A DNA stretch of 63,996 bases, counting the filler, from Stramenopiles sp. TOSAG23-6 (taxonomy: Eukaryota), in NCBI GenBank assembly GCA_900128565.1. It is 3 parts of 3 records of this genome, joined end to end, with 100 filler letters (N's around TTAATTAATTAA, not from the genome) between each part and the next. Parts side by side here need not be neighbours in the genome. Positions count along the whole stretch, not along the records: positions 1 to 25,030 come from LT635998.1; 2 more parts are not named here. One strand, written 5' to 3'. The translations under genes and the position numbers were made by a program. Positions 10,755 through 22,804 of this stretch are shown here, one piece after another. Every line of letters begins with the position of its first letter. Within the stretch, counting starts at the first letter, position 1. Below the pieces are notes generated by a model that was given only the letters and a program-made list of their open reading frames with translations, searched no databases and was not told where the DNA came from.

Positions 10755-12785
10755 TTAACTCCCAGAAGACAAAGCATTTTGTACTGAGCAGTCATGCTCA
10801 GTGAATCCAGCAAAGCATTTACATTGTCCAGTACCGTTATCACAGAGGCCACGATTTGAGCATTCGTCATTCTCTTTGTTTCCGTGTGTATACGTTTTGA
10901 CTGTATCATCATAAGTTCCGGGTAAAATTGGGCGATAGATACTGAACATTCCGACTCCTCCACTTGTCGTCACACTCCAAGTACCAGTTACATTTGCATC
11001 TAAATTTTGACACATATACTTGGTGTAAATTTTGTTGCCCCTGTCATCAATGCTGCAGGGTTGTTGAAAGTCACCTCCAGGTGCGTTAGTCATAAGAGTA
11101 CCTTCACTTGTATTCCCAAATCTGTAGCGAGCGCGCATGAGCGGAATAGCGCCTGAATTTTTAAGAAATGTCACATTGAATCCTGTATCAGACCATTCTG
11201 AGTTACCGCTACATTCAGTTTCATTTGATGGCTCTAATTCACCATCCTCTCCAATGCATCGACCCGAAGTCCAAGTATGAGAAGAATCATTAATGCAATC
11301 ATTTTTACTCATACTTACAACTGATGTCGAACTGTCGTTTATGCACTGGGCAAAAGCATTGACCTCAATATCTTGAACGACTTTGTTTGGGAGCGATTCC
11401 AATGCTTGTTTCACATTCACTTCCAGATTAGAGAAATCAAAAAGATTGATAGATTCAGTAATCCACGAGTCTCCCATTTCATCTGTAAACTCCAACGAAA
11501 ATAAAAAAGTGTCACCCATTTTCAGCAAACCATCATTTCCATTCTGAGAGGGATCACCATGAAAATCTGCCATTATATATGCCTCATCTTTATTTTTGAA
11601 TGCGACTGCCTGAACTTCATTTCTGTTGTTAAGGCGTGTAATTGGATCATCCCCCATAGGACACTTTTGTAGAGAACAATCAGTGCCTTTATAACCCGCG
11701 TCACAAACACAACGTTGAGTCTTGTATGCGTCCCATGCGTTGTAGTCGATTCCAACGATGTCAATTAGACGACGACAGAGACCATGTCCAGAGCAATCGT
11801 TTGGACAAGCGGTTCGAGAGCACGCTTCGCCAGTATAACCTGGGAAACATTGGCATTCCCCAGTAGCTCTGTTGCAAGTTCCTTTGTTTGAACACTCCAT
11901 GTAGAAATGAGCTTCGTCAAAATCACTGATATTACCTGCAGATGATTGGGCAATAGCATGAGCATGGTTTGTAGGATAAGCTTCCCACTCATCGGTGTTT
12001 GACCATTGTACCTTATACGTAGATGGTGTAATGCTACAGACAATAGTTGCGGTTCGATGCGCGGAGTTTCCATTTGCGTGGCTACCTCCGGAATAAGTTG
12101 TCGGTGGTGTATCATAGTCGGAGTCTCCACCTGGTTGAACCTTTATTTCGTATATTAAATCGTCATTCGATGGCACTCTGTCATCAGCCGCGTAAATATC
12201 AAAAGCAATTGCGTAGTCCAATTTCATACCAAATGATCGCTGTGTTGAAGTTTTGCAAGCTTCAACATAGCCGTAAATATCATTGGCTTGATACGGCTTT
12301 TGTGGTGATGGAGGATTAAGAGGGTCTTGCGAATACTCAACGATGATGTCCGATAACATTTCGTACTTCGTACCCGTACTTGAACAGTCACCTGATTCAT
12401 CACATACTGAAAAAGTTGTTCTTTCAATAGGTGATTTTGTAACAGTACCCGCAATAGGATCGACAATATCAAGTTCAGCACCCTTCATCGTTTCGGTAAT
12501 TGGAGTTGTGTCGCCGAGTTTTGTAAAAAATGACGCTGTGGAACCAAGAACGACCCGATATGTTGCCCGACTGGTGGATATACGCCCGTCTGCGTTTAAA
12601 TCACCGGTTGGTGTGTCAATAAAACTGTGGCCAAAGCCGCATACTCGTTCCGAACAATCTGCCCCCATAAAGTTACGATAACAATCACATGCAGAGTAAG
12701 TATTGCAGTTTCCATTACCAGAGCAGTCATTAGGACAACTTGCTTTTACTACCCAAAGGCAAGACAAGGCAATAATTACTTTCAT
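10755..12785 (-). CDS. Secreted EGF/tenascin-repeat protein, mastigoneme (Sig1/Ocm-like) type
   Basis: Signal peptide, CPNDCSGNG, ADCSERVC, ECSNKGTCNRATGECQCFPGYTGEAC, CPMGDDP and terminal ECSNRGLCD..C. Confidence 0.75.
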   Translation of the reverse strand: MKVIIALSCLWVVKASCPNDCSGNGNCNTYSACDCYRNFMGADCSERVCGFGHSFIDTPTGDLNADGRISTSRATYRVVLGSTASFFTKLGDTTPITETMKGAELDIVDPIAGTVTKSPIERTTFSVCDESGDCSSTGTKYEMLSDIIVEYSQDPLNPPSPQKPYQANDIYGYVEACKTSTQRSFGMKLDYAIAFDIYAADDRVPSNDDLIYEIKVQPGGDSDYDTPPTTYSGGSHANGNSAHRTATIVCSITPSTYKVQWSNTDEWEAYPTNHAHAIAQSSAGNISDFDEAHFYMECSNKGTCNRATGECQCFPGYTGEACSRTACPNDCSGHGLCRRLIDIVGIDYNAWDAYKTQRCVCDAGYKGTDCSLQKCPMGDDPITRLNNRNEVQAVAFKNKDEAYIMADFHGDPSQNGNDGLLKMGDTFLFSLEFTDEMGDSWITESINLFDFSNLEVNVKQALESLPNKVVQDIEVNAFAQCINDSSTSVVSMSKNDCINDSSHTWTSGRCIGEDGELEPSNETECSGNSEWSDTGFNVTFLKNSGAIPLMRARYRFGNTSEGTLMTNAPGGDFQQPCSIDDRGNKIYTKYMCQNLDANVTGTWSVTTSGGVGMFSIYRPILPGTYDDTVKTYTHGNKENDECSNRGLCDNGTGQCKCFAGFTEHDCSVQNALSSGS

Positions 12786-13168
12786 AATTTTTTGAAATGA
12801 GAAAAAACTTTGTTAGTCTGCAAAAAGAAAGATAATACGAAAGATAATACTATATCTTTTAGTTTAGTTACCGTTGATATTTTGGTTTACGTTGGATTGA
12901 TATAGAGAGATCTCGAGTAGTCAGAGATAAAATGCGCAGTTTCTCTTTTATACGAGTTTCCGTAGTAATATAGAAGGGTGTTCAGCAAAATGACAAAAAA
13001 ATACCTATACCGTTACATCGATCTTTTTTTTCTTCGGAGATTATTTTGGCGAATTCTTCCCGTTTTCAGTAACGGCAGGCTACGTACACGACAACTCTAA
13101 CCTCTACTACTAGTCCTACTATTCTTCCTCAAACTCACGAAAGATCATCGGCACAAATAAAGTTAAAT

Positions 13169-14368
13169 ATGGAAGATGTACCAAACGACAATGTAGTCAC
13201 CGCTGATACCAATAAGGATGAAGTTGCTGGTGATAATAATGTCGACAAACCAAAAGTGAATGCTGTGGATACTTCAGTGAAGGAACAAAAAGGAAGTAGA
13301 GGCGCACCACCAAAACGAGGTCCAAACCCAAAAGTGGCGAATATAAAAACCCCAAGTACCCGTGTCAAGATTGAAACTGGAAAACCAAAACCAACCGCAA
13401 AAGTAGTAGAAGCACCATCTTCATCGTCGTCGTCAGAATCATCATCATCGACAGAATCATCAACTACAGTTTCATCGGCACCACAAAGAAATGTCAAAAA
13501 ATACACTCGATCTTCGATCACGCGAGACAGAGTAATGGCACTGAAAAGAAAAAAACGCAAAGCATTGCGAAAAGAGCAGTGTCCAATAACTCGATTATCA
13601 CCAAGCGAATTTGTTGCGGCTGAGTATTGGACATGGCTTGGTATCAATAGAAGTTCCACGTATTCCATCCCATGCCCAATCATCATTATTGTAGGTAGTT
13701 CACCACTTACAGTGGCAGATGACTCTGATGATACAGATACAGAAGCAAACATTTTACAACAGCATGCACGATTAGCTCGTGTGATGGCTTTTGGTGTACT
13801 GAAAGCAGCTCGACATAGTGGTGCAATTGTAATTGGGGCAGGTGTATCCAGTTCATGGATTGGTAGCCAAGAAACATATAATATGTTGAAAAATGAAGCA
13901 GCATTACGATATCCAGGAAAAGAAAAACGGCCTTCTGGCATAGATGTTCTTGGCGTGAGACCTGAACATGGCGAGGGTGATACTGGAGGCTATAATTTCA
14001 CTAACCAAATTTCATTGACAGGACTGAAAAGCTGGGGTGACGTAGGAAGTAGTGAAGACAACGCTGATCCATTCACATACTCACGTGCAGTAGAAGTAAT
14101 GGCAGATAAATTGACAGCTTCAACTGGAAGTGTTTCAAGAAAGGGCACAGTCATTGCTGTTGTTGGGGGAGATCCAGACCCTGCTTCTAAACCACTTCTA
14201 AAGCTAATACATGACAGGGGATGGGAAGTGATTAAATTGGATGGAACTGGGAGATTAAATCTTCCCAAAACAATGAGTGCTCGGTGCTGTCCATTTCGAT
14301 GTTGTCCAACCGAAATAGCTACTCTAATATACATGCTACAAACCACAACTGCTCTCAATTTATCATGA
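13169..14368 (+). CDS. SLOG/LSDAT-like domain protein
   Basis: PIIIIVG..GVLKAARHSGAIVIGAG..VLGVRP..WGD pattern resembling the TRPM-type SLOG domain. Confidence 0.5.
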   Translation: MEDVPNDNVVTADTNKDEVAGDNNVDKPKVNAVDTSVKEQKGSRGAPPKRGPNPKVANIKTPSTRVKIETGKPKPTAKVVEAPSSSSSSESSSSTESSTTVSSAPQRNVKKYTRSSITRDRVMALKRKKRKALRKEQCPITRLSPSEFVAAEYWTWLGINRSSTYSIPCPIIIIVGSSPLTVADDSDDTDTEANILQQHARLARVMAFGVLKAARHSGAIVIGAGVSSSWIGSQETYNMLKNEAALRYPGKEKRPSGIDVLGVRPEHGEGDTGGYNFTNQISLTGLKSWGDVGSSEDNADPFTYSRAVEVMADKLTASTGSVSRKGTVIAVVGGDPDPASKPLLKLIHDRGWEVIKLDGTGRLNLPKTMSARCCPFRCCPTEIATLIYMLQTTTALNLS

Positions 14369-14447
14369 AAAGGTAAAAGAGAGCAGGATTAAATACATGT
14401 AAACACTATGAAAAATTACAATAAAGGAATACAGTATTTAATTCAAT

Positions 14448-17400
14448 TTAATCAGCTTCACATTGATTTCCTTTCTTCTTCTTACTATTATAAATATCAC
14501 TAGACTGTGACACAAATGGAGGATTGGTTGATGATATGTTTTCTTTTTGTGTAGAATGAAACTCTTCAGTGCTCTCTTGCAAAGAATTTGACACTTTATA
14601 TTTCGGTGAAGAGATTGTAGGTGAATCAATAGCTGATGACAAATTTTGTATAGGTACACTCGATTTACTTCGAGTACGACTATAAGTTATTAGTCGCCTT
14701 CGCAGAGACGACATCTTCTGATTTGTATGGTCACCATCGCCGCCAAAATCACTACTACTTCGACTCTTCACAATGTATACGTTACTATCTCGTTTTTTTA
14801 ACTTTTTACGCATATCCCTACCCAAATACTTAGAAAACATCCTTCTATCTCTATTAGGCACAGAATACCAAACTGGAGTTTGCTCATCACTATAATATGA
14901 ATATGAATCTGAATCATAATCTCGATCGATATCACGCCTCACACGATGCTTCTTATCCCACTTCAGATAGGACCTATTATTACTAGGAGTCTTCATATTT
15001 CGGCGCATTGTACCATTTACTTCAGAGCTAACACCTCCTTCTTCACGTGGCAAAAAACACCTATAAATCCAAGCTACAACCCTGCAGCATGGTAATTGGA
15101 AGCCACAGCATGTGAAACGCAGAACTCTACACATAAAATTATATGGCAAAAGAATACACCAACGGCGCCAACTACGGACTTTTCTATCTCTTGAATTGCG
15201 TTGAACTTCGTCCCGACTATTGAGGTGGTAATAAAACATACATATCAGTAAGAGTGGGATTCGTACTTCATCAGGAGCAACAGCAAATATACAAGCGAAA
15301 ATTATAGTGAGAAGAATGGATCGTAAACATATAAGCAGTAACCAAGAGCCTAGCAAAACCATATACATTTGCTGTAACCATATCTGATGCTGAAGTGCCA
15401 TTGATTCACCAGCACTTTGAAGACCAACAGCATGAATAGCTTCACCAGCACCAGCAACTGCTGCAGCACTACTTGCGGCAATCGAAATACGTAATTCCGA
15501 CATTGCTTTAGATGTCGTCTTATTGAAATGTAAAATAGACTCCTTGTAGGCTGCATAATCTTCCATAATACGTTTACGTTCAACGGCAGCTAATTTATAA
15601 CCGTTAGCAGCTTCAGCTACTTCCGCAGTCAAAGTAGACACATGTGAAACAGATTTTTTCATTGTAGATAAACCAGAAAGAAGCTTAGTATTCATATCAT
15701 TGACAAATTGTTCAAGGACTGTTTGACTCATCTTGATCTGCTTCATTTGTGACGAGATAGTCTCAAAAACATTGAGCATTGACTCTGAAGATTTTGGCCT
15801 CTGTTGAGTTGATTGTCTTTTCTCTTCCTTCGTTTTTGTTTCAATTTGTTTTCTTTCGGTTGATTCAATTGAATTTTTTTCTCTTTTAGGCTTGCTTTCT
15901 GAACTTATTGTATCATTCTTTACTGATTTATTCGTAATTGTTTCTACACTCTTAGCATCTAAATCCTGTGACAACGTCCGGGGATCAATCCCCTGCTTTG
16001 GTCTGTCTTCCTTTATAGTTGGAATCCCCTGCTTTGGTCTGTCTTCCTTTATAGTTGGAATCCCCTCCTTTGGTCTGTCTTCCTTTATAGTTGGAATATT
16101 TTCAGAATCTACCTTAGATGTACTACTAATTTCTGTTTCGGCAGAGGAAGGAACGTTTTGAAAACCTTTTTCCGTTGACTTTTCTCCAGTTGCATCGACA
16201 TTCTCTTCTACGACTTCATTATCTTTCGTAGGTGTATCATTATCCGAAGCTTCAACCTTTTCCACGGGATTTTTATCATGCCCAAGTAATTCTAAAACAA
16301 CTGCTTTCACTTTAGCAACGGGGCCAGTTTGGGAGACAGTTTTATCTTCATCAACAGTCGAGGGGATCAAACCAGTGCTACTCAATTTATCCATTACAGC
16401 GGCAGTTGCTTCTTTAATTGCATCTGCAGCACTTTTATCCTGTGTAGAATCCGGATTGCTCGCTTTATCAGTACCAGAGGGTGCAGAAGTTGAGTTTTTT
16501 TCAAGAGTATTTTTATCAACTGTGTTATTTACTACTTCCTTTTTCATAGGATCGTTTCCACGTTTTGAGTCAACAGTCACCTGTGTGTCAGTGACATAAT
16601 TCTTATCACCATTATTCGAGAGAGAAGAAGCCGAGTTTAACGTTTTGTCAACTTCATCGGCATTTTTGACCTGATTTATTAGCTCTTTACCGTTTCGATT
16701 GATATCTTTTGAATTATTATCAGAAACACTATCACTTTCAGCAGTTCGAGCTTTGTCATCATATGAATCATTATGCGAAGTAGTGCTTTTCGTCACATCG
16801 CTATTCACAGTCATATCGACATTATGAGAAGAAACAGAAGTACCATTTTCATCGCAATTTTCACAGATGTCTGGTACAAGTTCTGTGGAACTTTCACCCT
16901 CATCAATTTTTACATCTTCCTTAGTCTCATTCACATTCTTATTCGTACTCATTGAACTACTATCATTTCCATTGGAATCAATAGATGGAGATGGGTTATT
17001 GTCTTCAATAATATCTGGGATCTGTTGTATTTCATTTTGGGAATTATTTTTTTCATTATCAGGCAAATATTGTAGTTCATCTATTGATGTTTTATTCTCC
17101 TCTCCATTCAATGGCCTAGTTTTAATTTCTAAAGGATCATCTACTTTTTGATCCTCATTTTGTTTTGACAGATCTTCAGAACCAATTATCGTTCCGTCAT
17201 TATCTTCTATTGTTTGTAGATCATCTACATTGAGTTGTTTCTGACTATCGTCTATATCTACTACTTCATCTACAACTTTTCTATTATCTTCGCTTTCACC
17301 ACTTTGTTTAACCCCTGATAAATCATCCTCATCACCTATAGTTTCATCTTTCACGCTGTCCGAATCAGATGTTTCAATTTTGGAAGAGTCACTGCCATTA

Positions 17401-18839
17401 ATATCATTATTTGAGACATCATTATCTGGAAGCTTTTCATCTTCCTCAAGTAAATTCTGAAAATCAGCAACTTCCTCTGACATTTTGACCATTTCATCTC
17501 GAAAACCTTCGAGCGCTGTGTACCCATGTGCCTTAAAAGAAGTTAAAGTACAATAAAATTCACTACCATAATGACTTAGTATTCGCAATTTTAGATATCG
17601 AGCCCATACACGTTTTGGCATAGTAAATTCTTGTACCCCACGCTCTTTACTTGCAGTAAATTGACCGAGCAATATCCACCCTTCAGTAGGATACTGGGAA
17701 GATCCCAAGACTTGGAATCTCTTGACAGAAGATGCATAGTGTTCATAATTAGACAGTGATATAGAAGTCACGGCAATATCTTCGGACAACTGAACAACAA
17801 GCCACCATACGTTACTGGCACAAGGAGTCATCATATACTTATCATTGTCATTCTTGAGAATAACATCACTTGCTTCAATACCATCTGAAACACGAAGCAT
17901 TTTGGCACCAGCATCAAATGAAGCAAAATTAAACTTCTGAATATCATCAGTTGCCTTGGTGACAGCATTTGTTACTTCCACAGTCGCTGTATCACTATCT
18001 TCATCGGAAGTATCAACTGTATCATGTATTGATGATTCAGCAGTCACGGCGGAAGTTTCAGTTGTCGGTATATCTGCTACGTAAGAATCTACACCTTCTT
18101 GTTCTTTCACTTTTTTTTTGTCCTTTCCCTTCTTTTCTTCTTTTACTTTCTTCTCTGCATGTTTCTCAAGCATTTTATCACGATATTTCTCCAGTGAGTT
18201 CCGTTCTTTACCCTCAGGACTTTCATCATCAAAGTCAAGATTATTCGTATTATCATTGCCAATTACATGTTCAATAGTTTTTTCACTATCAACTGCTACA
18301 TCTGTTTTAATATCACGTGTTTCTTCACTTGAGTTTAACCCAAGATCTGTATTTTCTGTAACAATAAATTCAACAGAGGATTCGTCTTCCTTTTTAGACG
18401 TTGGAAGAGACTTAGCTATATTTCCAAGTGAGGTTACAGAAGTTTCGTTGCTAATTTCATCAAAGCTATTGGGTATTATATCCATATCTTCTACATTAAT
18501 ACTAGTATCTGCTTTAATATTTCCTTCAACGTTCTTCTTCGTAGAAGAAGGAATGGGAGTTGTTTTGACCCCCTCGCTTTGATCAGAGAGTTCGACGTTT
18601 TCAGCAACTTCTGAAATTAAAGGAACTTCATCTAATACAGCAACATCAAACAATTCAGGTATGCTCACATTACTATTTTGTTTTGTCTTATTTGAGTTTC
18701 CTTCAGGGGAAAATTGAGTTGTGTTTTCCACTTTAGTTTTGGCATGCGTAATTCGAAACGTCGAGGAAACAAAAACTATGAAACACAGAAGTCGAAAACG
18801 ACAACGAAATATTTCACCACAGTATTTCCTACAACGCAT
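14448..18839 (-). CDS. Mid-SUN domain protein (SUCO/Slp1-like)
   Basis: FNFASFDAGAK..DKYMMTPC..QLSEDI..NYEHYAS..RYLKLRILSHYGSEFYCTLT, followed by coiled coil and TM segments. Confidence 0.85.
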   Translation of the reverse strand: MRCRKYCGEIFRCRFRLLCFIVFVSSTFRITHAKTKVENTTQFSPEGNSNKTKQNSNVSIPELFDVAVLDEVPLISEVAENVELSDQSEGVKTTPIPSSTKKNVEGNIKADTSINVEDMDIIPNSFDEISNETSVTSLGNIAKSLPTSKKEDESSVEFIVTENTDLGLNSSEETRDIKTDVAVDSEKTIEHVIGNDNTNNLDFDDESPEGKERNSLEKYRDKMLEKHAEKKVKEEKKGKDKKKVKEQEGVDSYVADIPTTETSAVTAESSIHDTVDTSDEDSDTATVEVTNAVTKATDDIQKFNFASFDAGAKMLRVSDGIEASDVILKNDNDKYMMTPCASNVWWLVVQLSEDIAVTSISLSNYEHYASSVKRFQVLGSSQYPTEGWILLGQFTASKERGVQEFTMPKRVWARYLKLRILSHYGSEFYCTLTSFKAHGYTALEGFRDEMVKMSEEVADFQNLLEEDEKLPDNDVSNNDINGSDSSKIETSDSDSVKDETIGDEDDLSGVKQSGESEDNRKVVDEVVDIDDSQKQLNVDDLQTIEDNDGTIIGSEDLSKQNEDQKVDDPLEIKTRPLNGEENKTSIDELQYLPDNEKNNSQNEIQQIPDIIEDNNPSPSIDSNGNDSSSMSTNKNVNETKEDVKIDEGESSTELVPDICENCDENGTSVSSHNVDMTVNSDVTKSTTSHNDSYDDKARTAESDSVSDNNSKDINRNGKELINQVKNADEVDKTLNSASSLSNNGDKNYVTDTQVTVDSKRGNDPMKKEVVNNTVDKNTLEKNSTSAPSGTDKASNPDSTQDKSAADAIKEATAAVMDKLSSTGLIPSTVDEDKTVSQTGPVAKVKAVVLELLGHDKNPVEKVEASDNDTPTKDNEVVEENVDATGEKSTEKGFQNVPSSAETEISSTSKVDSENIPTIKEDRPKEGIPTIKEDRPKQGIPTIKEDRPKQGIDPRTLSQDLDAKSVETITNKSVKNDTISSESKPKREKNSIESTERKQIETKTKEEKRQSTQQRPKSSESMLNVFETISSQMKQIKMSQTVLEQFVNDMNTKLLSGLSTMKKSVSHVSTLTAEVAEAANGYKLAAVERKRIMEDYAAYKESILHFNKTTSKAMSELRISIAASSAAAVAGAGEAIHAVGLQSAGESMALQHQIWLQQMYMVLLGSWLLLICLRSILLTIIFACIFAVAPDEVRIPLLLICMFYYHLNSRDEVQRNSRDRKVRSWRRWCILLPYNFMCRVLRFTCCGFQLPCCRVVAWIYRCFLPREEGGVSSEVNGTMRRNMKTPSNNRSYLKWDKKHRVRRDIDRDYDSDSYSYYSDEQTPVWYSVPNRDRRMFSKYLGRDMRKKLKKRDSNVYIVKSRSSSDFGGDGDHTNQKMSSLRRRLITYSRTRSKSSVPIQNLSSAIDSPTISSPKYKVSNSLQESTEEFHSTQKENISSTNPPFVSQSSDIYNSKKKKGNQCEAD

Positions 18840-19157
18840 GATCAAAACTTGATTCTATAAACTCCTCAATGAGAAGATGACATTTGTTTACCTGCGAGTC
18901 AAAACAGTTTATTTTATTGTATATCCAGTAACTACTAGTAGTATGATATCAGAGATCAGGCAGACTCCAGGCAGACGCGACGGAAAACGACGTAGCAATT
19001 TATTTAACCCTAACCCTAGTTAGCATCCGCAATATCCAAGCGGCACACAACGCCACACAACGACGTAGGAGCAGAGCTCTCTATAGCTAGTAGTGAAGAA
19101 GTGCATAAGATAATGACGGTTTGAAATTTAGCAGAATATTCTCATTACCACTAGACG

Positions 19158-21754
19158 ATGAAACGTTTAATTTTTATTTACCATATCCTAATTTGGGTTG
19201 GTGTTTTTGCTCATCCACAATATATTACAAAGTGTGATACAATTCCAACAAAAGTTATGGGTCAGTCAGTTCAAACGGCAACTGGGGGGCAATATACGAT
19301 TGAAACGACAATACCCAAAGATGGTTATGTTTCTGGGCAGGAATACAGTATCACGCTAAAAGGAGATAAGAATAACGCCCACTGGATAGGATCTAGCGTC
19401 GGTGAATTCAAACAAACAAACAAGTGCTATGGGTACACTTCGCAAGTTGATGTTGGACAGGTGGTATGGGTGGCACCAGCAAGTAAAGTAACAGTCACGT
19501 TTACAGCGCTAGAAGCAAAAGGATTTGGACAAGATGTATTCAAGACAACATTGGATGTTTTGGCTAATCAAAGTAATTCTGATACGAAAGAAATATCTGT
19601 ATCAGCTGATACAGGTGATGTGTCTGCGGCCCTCTTAAAAGTTTCGGGATACGAGAAGTTCGTTCAGTTTAATCTTGACAATGGTTCTGAAGAATCAAAT
19701 GTCGGAGTGTCATGGACACTGAATACTGACACTGTGAAAATTGCTATAAAAGCAAAGACAACAGGATATGTCGCGATTGCTTTTTGTAACCCTGAATACC
19801 CAAAACTAATGACGAACGCTGACGCAATTTTTGGTTGGCTCACAGACAATAGTATTGGGTAGCTTATCCACTTGATAAAAGAGATATTCGATCATCTGAA
19901 CCCAAGGCAAGTACCTACGTGACTGACACTAAGGTAGAAGAGATTGATGGGTTTACAACGGTCTCTTTTACGCGAAAGTTGAACACAGGTGTATCAGGTG
20001 ACGTTGTTATATCAGCAGAAAGTTTGATTACTCAAATTTTATTATCAATTAAAACCAGCGATCCGTCAACTGATAAACCTACACATCACACTTTTCGCCA
20101 TTCATTTGGCTTAAATCTAAAAACAGGTGCTTTTACAAGCACAGAATCAAGTGATGATGGTTTTTTATTTTTTTGGCTTCTACTTGCGGCTGTCATCATC
20201 CTTTCGACTGTTATCTCAATATTTTCGACGTCAGGTATCTCACCAAGGTTCCGTCATTGGTGTTCTAGGCGTATTTGTCGTCCACTCGAGAAAACAACAT
20301 CAAGTATTACTACTCTTGATAAGTTAACACTTAATATCCCTACAACACTGATGGACTATACTTTACGCGAATGGTGTTTACTTGTGGCAATATTAGGAGG
20401 AATCATTAGTTTCATTTGGATCAAAGTAAAAATAGATGAAATTTCAACAGCTAAAGCATGGGGTTTTTGTAATTCTTCTCTCTTGTTCGTTGCTACTCTT
20501 CCAACCCATAAACATGGAATCTGGGGAATTGTATTCGGATCTAGCTTTGAGCGCGCTGTTAAGTGGCATCGAATGTGCGCCAGACTTTTCTTATTATCTC
20601 AAATAATTCATCTTTATTATGTTATGAAAATGATGAATGCACTAAAAAATGATACAATTTTTAGTTATGAAGCAGGCTCAATCAAATCGATATATGGATT
20701 TTTGGCGTTTGTTACAACAGTGATTATGGCAAGTCTTGCATTTGAAACAATTCGCCGCAAGAAATATGAGCTATTTTATTATTTCCATGTTCCACTTTTC
20801 CTTTTAATTAATATTTTTGTATGGCTTCATGTTTCATATTGGAAATCAAGATTGATGGTAGGATTATCTGTTGGTCTTTGGATTGCAGATTGGGCTTGGA
20901 GAATATTTCGACTTTCAGTATTACACAAAGTCAAATGCGTGAATGCAGAGGTACTGAAAGGTGGTAAAGATGGAGCTACGAGGCTTTCTCTAAAGACCCT
21001 CAATGGCAAACCTTTCAATTTCAATGCTGGTGACTATGTCTGGATAAATATTCCTGCAATTTCGAGGACACAGAAACATCCATACACTATTAGTTCTTGT
21101 CCAGGAGAACCTGTCTTTATGCTCAATATAAAAAGCCCTGGTATTGGAAGTTTTGGTGGAAATCTACGTCGCTTTATTTCTGCAAAGAAACATCTTGATG
21201 ATTTAACTGTTTATGTAGACGGCCCATATGGAAAGTTGTCTCTAAGTCAGTCGCCCCATTTATTTAATACTGTGATACTCTGTGCTGGTGGAATTGGTAT
21301 TACTCCATTTTATAGCATGTTACTTGATCTAGCAAAGATGTCACAGAATAAGTCATTTCAGTGTAAGACTGTGGAGCTTCATTGGATAGTTCGTACTCAC
21401 CAGGAATCAAAATGGTTTCGTCCAGGAATTCAGTCAGCACTCAATTCAATGAATGTTGGTACTACATTAAATGTGGTGTTTTACATTACAAGACCTGATA
21501 AAGTTAGTCCAACGACGACTCCTGTTTCTGACCAAGAAATGTCTAAAACTGATATTGAAGCTGTTACAAATTTACGAAAAATTAATCTTCTGACAGGAAG
21601 GCCCAATCTTTATGAAATATTGAAAGAAAAATTTTCCGAAAATCAAAATATGGCAATGTTGGCGTGTGGTCCTTCGCATTTGGTTTCTAGTGTCCAAAGA
21701 GCAGCACATGAAATCAAAGGTTGTTCTTTTCACAAGGAATCGTTTGTATTTTAA
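19158..21754 (+). CDS. Reeler-DOMON-ferric reductase (NOX/FRE family), with one frameshift near 19857
   Basis: Signal peptide, Reeler-like and DOMON (GYVAIAF..MTNADAIFGW..VSFTRKL) domains, then KWHR, YYFH, HPYTISS, DGPYG, GGIGITP, CGP, HKESF. The two ORFs join by a 1-nt shift. Confidence 0.8.
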
Positions 21755-22094
21755 AAAAGAAAAAACATCAGTATTTTATAATAATATATGCAGCTTGGTT
21801 TTATTTGATTTAGGTTTGAAGTAAATTAGTTATTGCCCTCAGTCCTGCCACAGTCTGCAGAAACTGAATTCTTAAAAACTTTTTGAAAAATAAATACATT
21901 TTTATTTGAATATATTAAACGAATGATGGTACCAAATATAGCAAGTGCTTACTATTTTTCCTGTTTTCGTGTTTTGTATTGTGCGCATGATCGATGCATC
22001 CATCATCCCGAAACAACGTGCTACTAGCCTACCTTGCAACTTCCTTCGGTTAGTAGAGTATATTATAATACCACAGTCATTGAACCTATATCAA

Positions 22095-22772
22095 ATGGAG
22101 AAGGCATGTTCTTGTCATGTAGATCCAGACGGTTCAAGTAGTATGCGCCGTTCTCTGGTTGCCTTAGCAGAGGCTTGTATGAAAACTGATAGCAGTGCAC
22201 TTAATAATGTTGATCTGGAGTTGGAGCCACTGAAAATAAAGTGTGGAACTCAAGTGGTTGAAAAACAGTCACTCCCAGATGTCTCTTCGATGAGCGCCCT
22301 TGAAATGCTAGATTATTTTCATAAGTTACAAACTGATCGTGTTACAGAGTATAAGGTGTTTCATCGTGACTTCGCGTCGTTATTATCGTCTGGTGATGTC
22401 GTGATGTACCAACAAGCTTGTAGTCTTGTGACAAAAAAGTTTAGTTTTCTTAGTTCCCGTGTAAATTCTATAGTAGATGCACTTCAGAACTTTCCTGTCA
22501 ATGAAGCCGTGTGTGGCGTTGCAGCCAAAGATAGGACAGTACAAAAAATAGCTGCTTGTATTGTTCGTATCCAGCAGCATGAGAAGCAAAAACTATCTCT
22601 CACTGCAAAAGCACAAATTCTACAGCATGCTCTTGCAGCTAACCATGTAGAAGAGGAAGAAGGTTTACCGGCATTGTCTGAATTGCGTTCTATGTTACAT
22701 GAAGAAATGTCGTGTATAAATGATATTTTAGATGAGGTTATGTGCTTTAGATATACGTTAAACAACATGTAA
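22095..22772 (+). CDS. REX1BD: REX1-B domain protein
   Basis: FHKLQTDRVTEYKVF..VTKKFSFLS..IQQHEKQKLSLT..INDILDEV. Confidence 0.65.
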   Translation: MEKACSCHVDPDGSSSMRRSLVALAEACMKTDSSALNNVDLELEPLKIKCGTQVVEKQSLPDVSSMSALEMLDYFHKLQTDRVTEYKVFHRDFASLLSSGDVVMYQQACSLVTKKFSFLSSRVNSIVDALQNFPVNEAVCGVAAKDRTVQKIAACIVRIQQHEKQKLSLTAKAQILQHALAANHVEEEEGLPALSELRSMLHEEMSCINDILDEVMCFRYTLNNM

Positions 22773-22804
22773 GATCAAAAAATATTTTGTTTTATAAATT
22801 ATAA

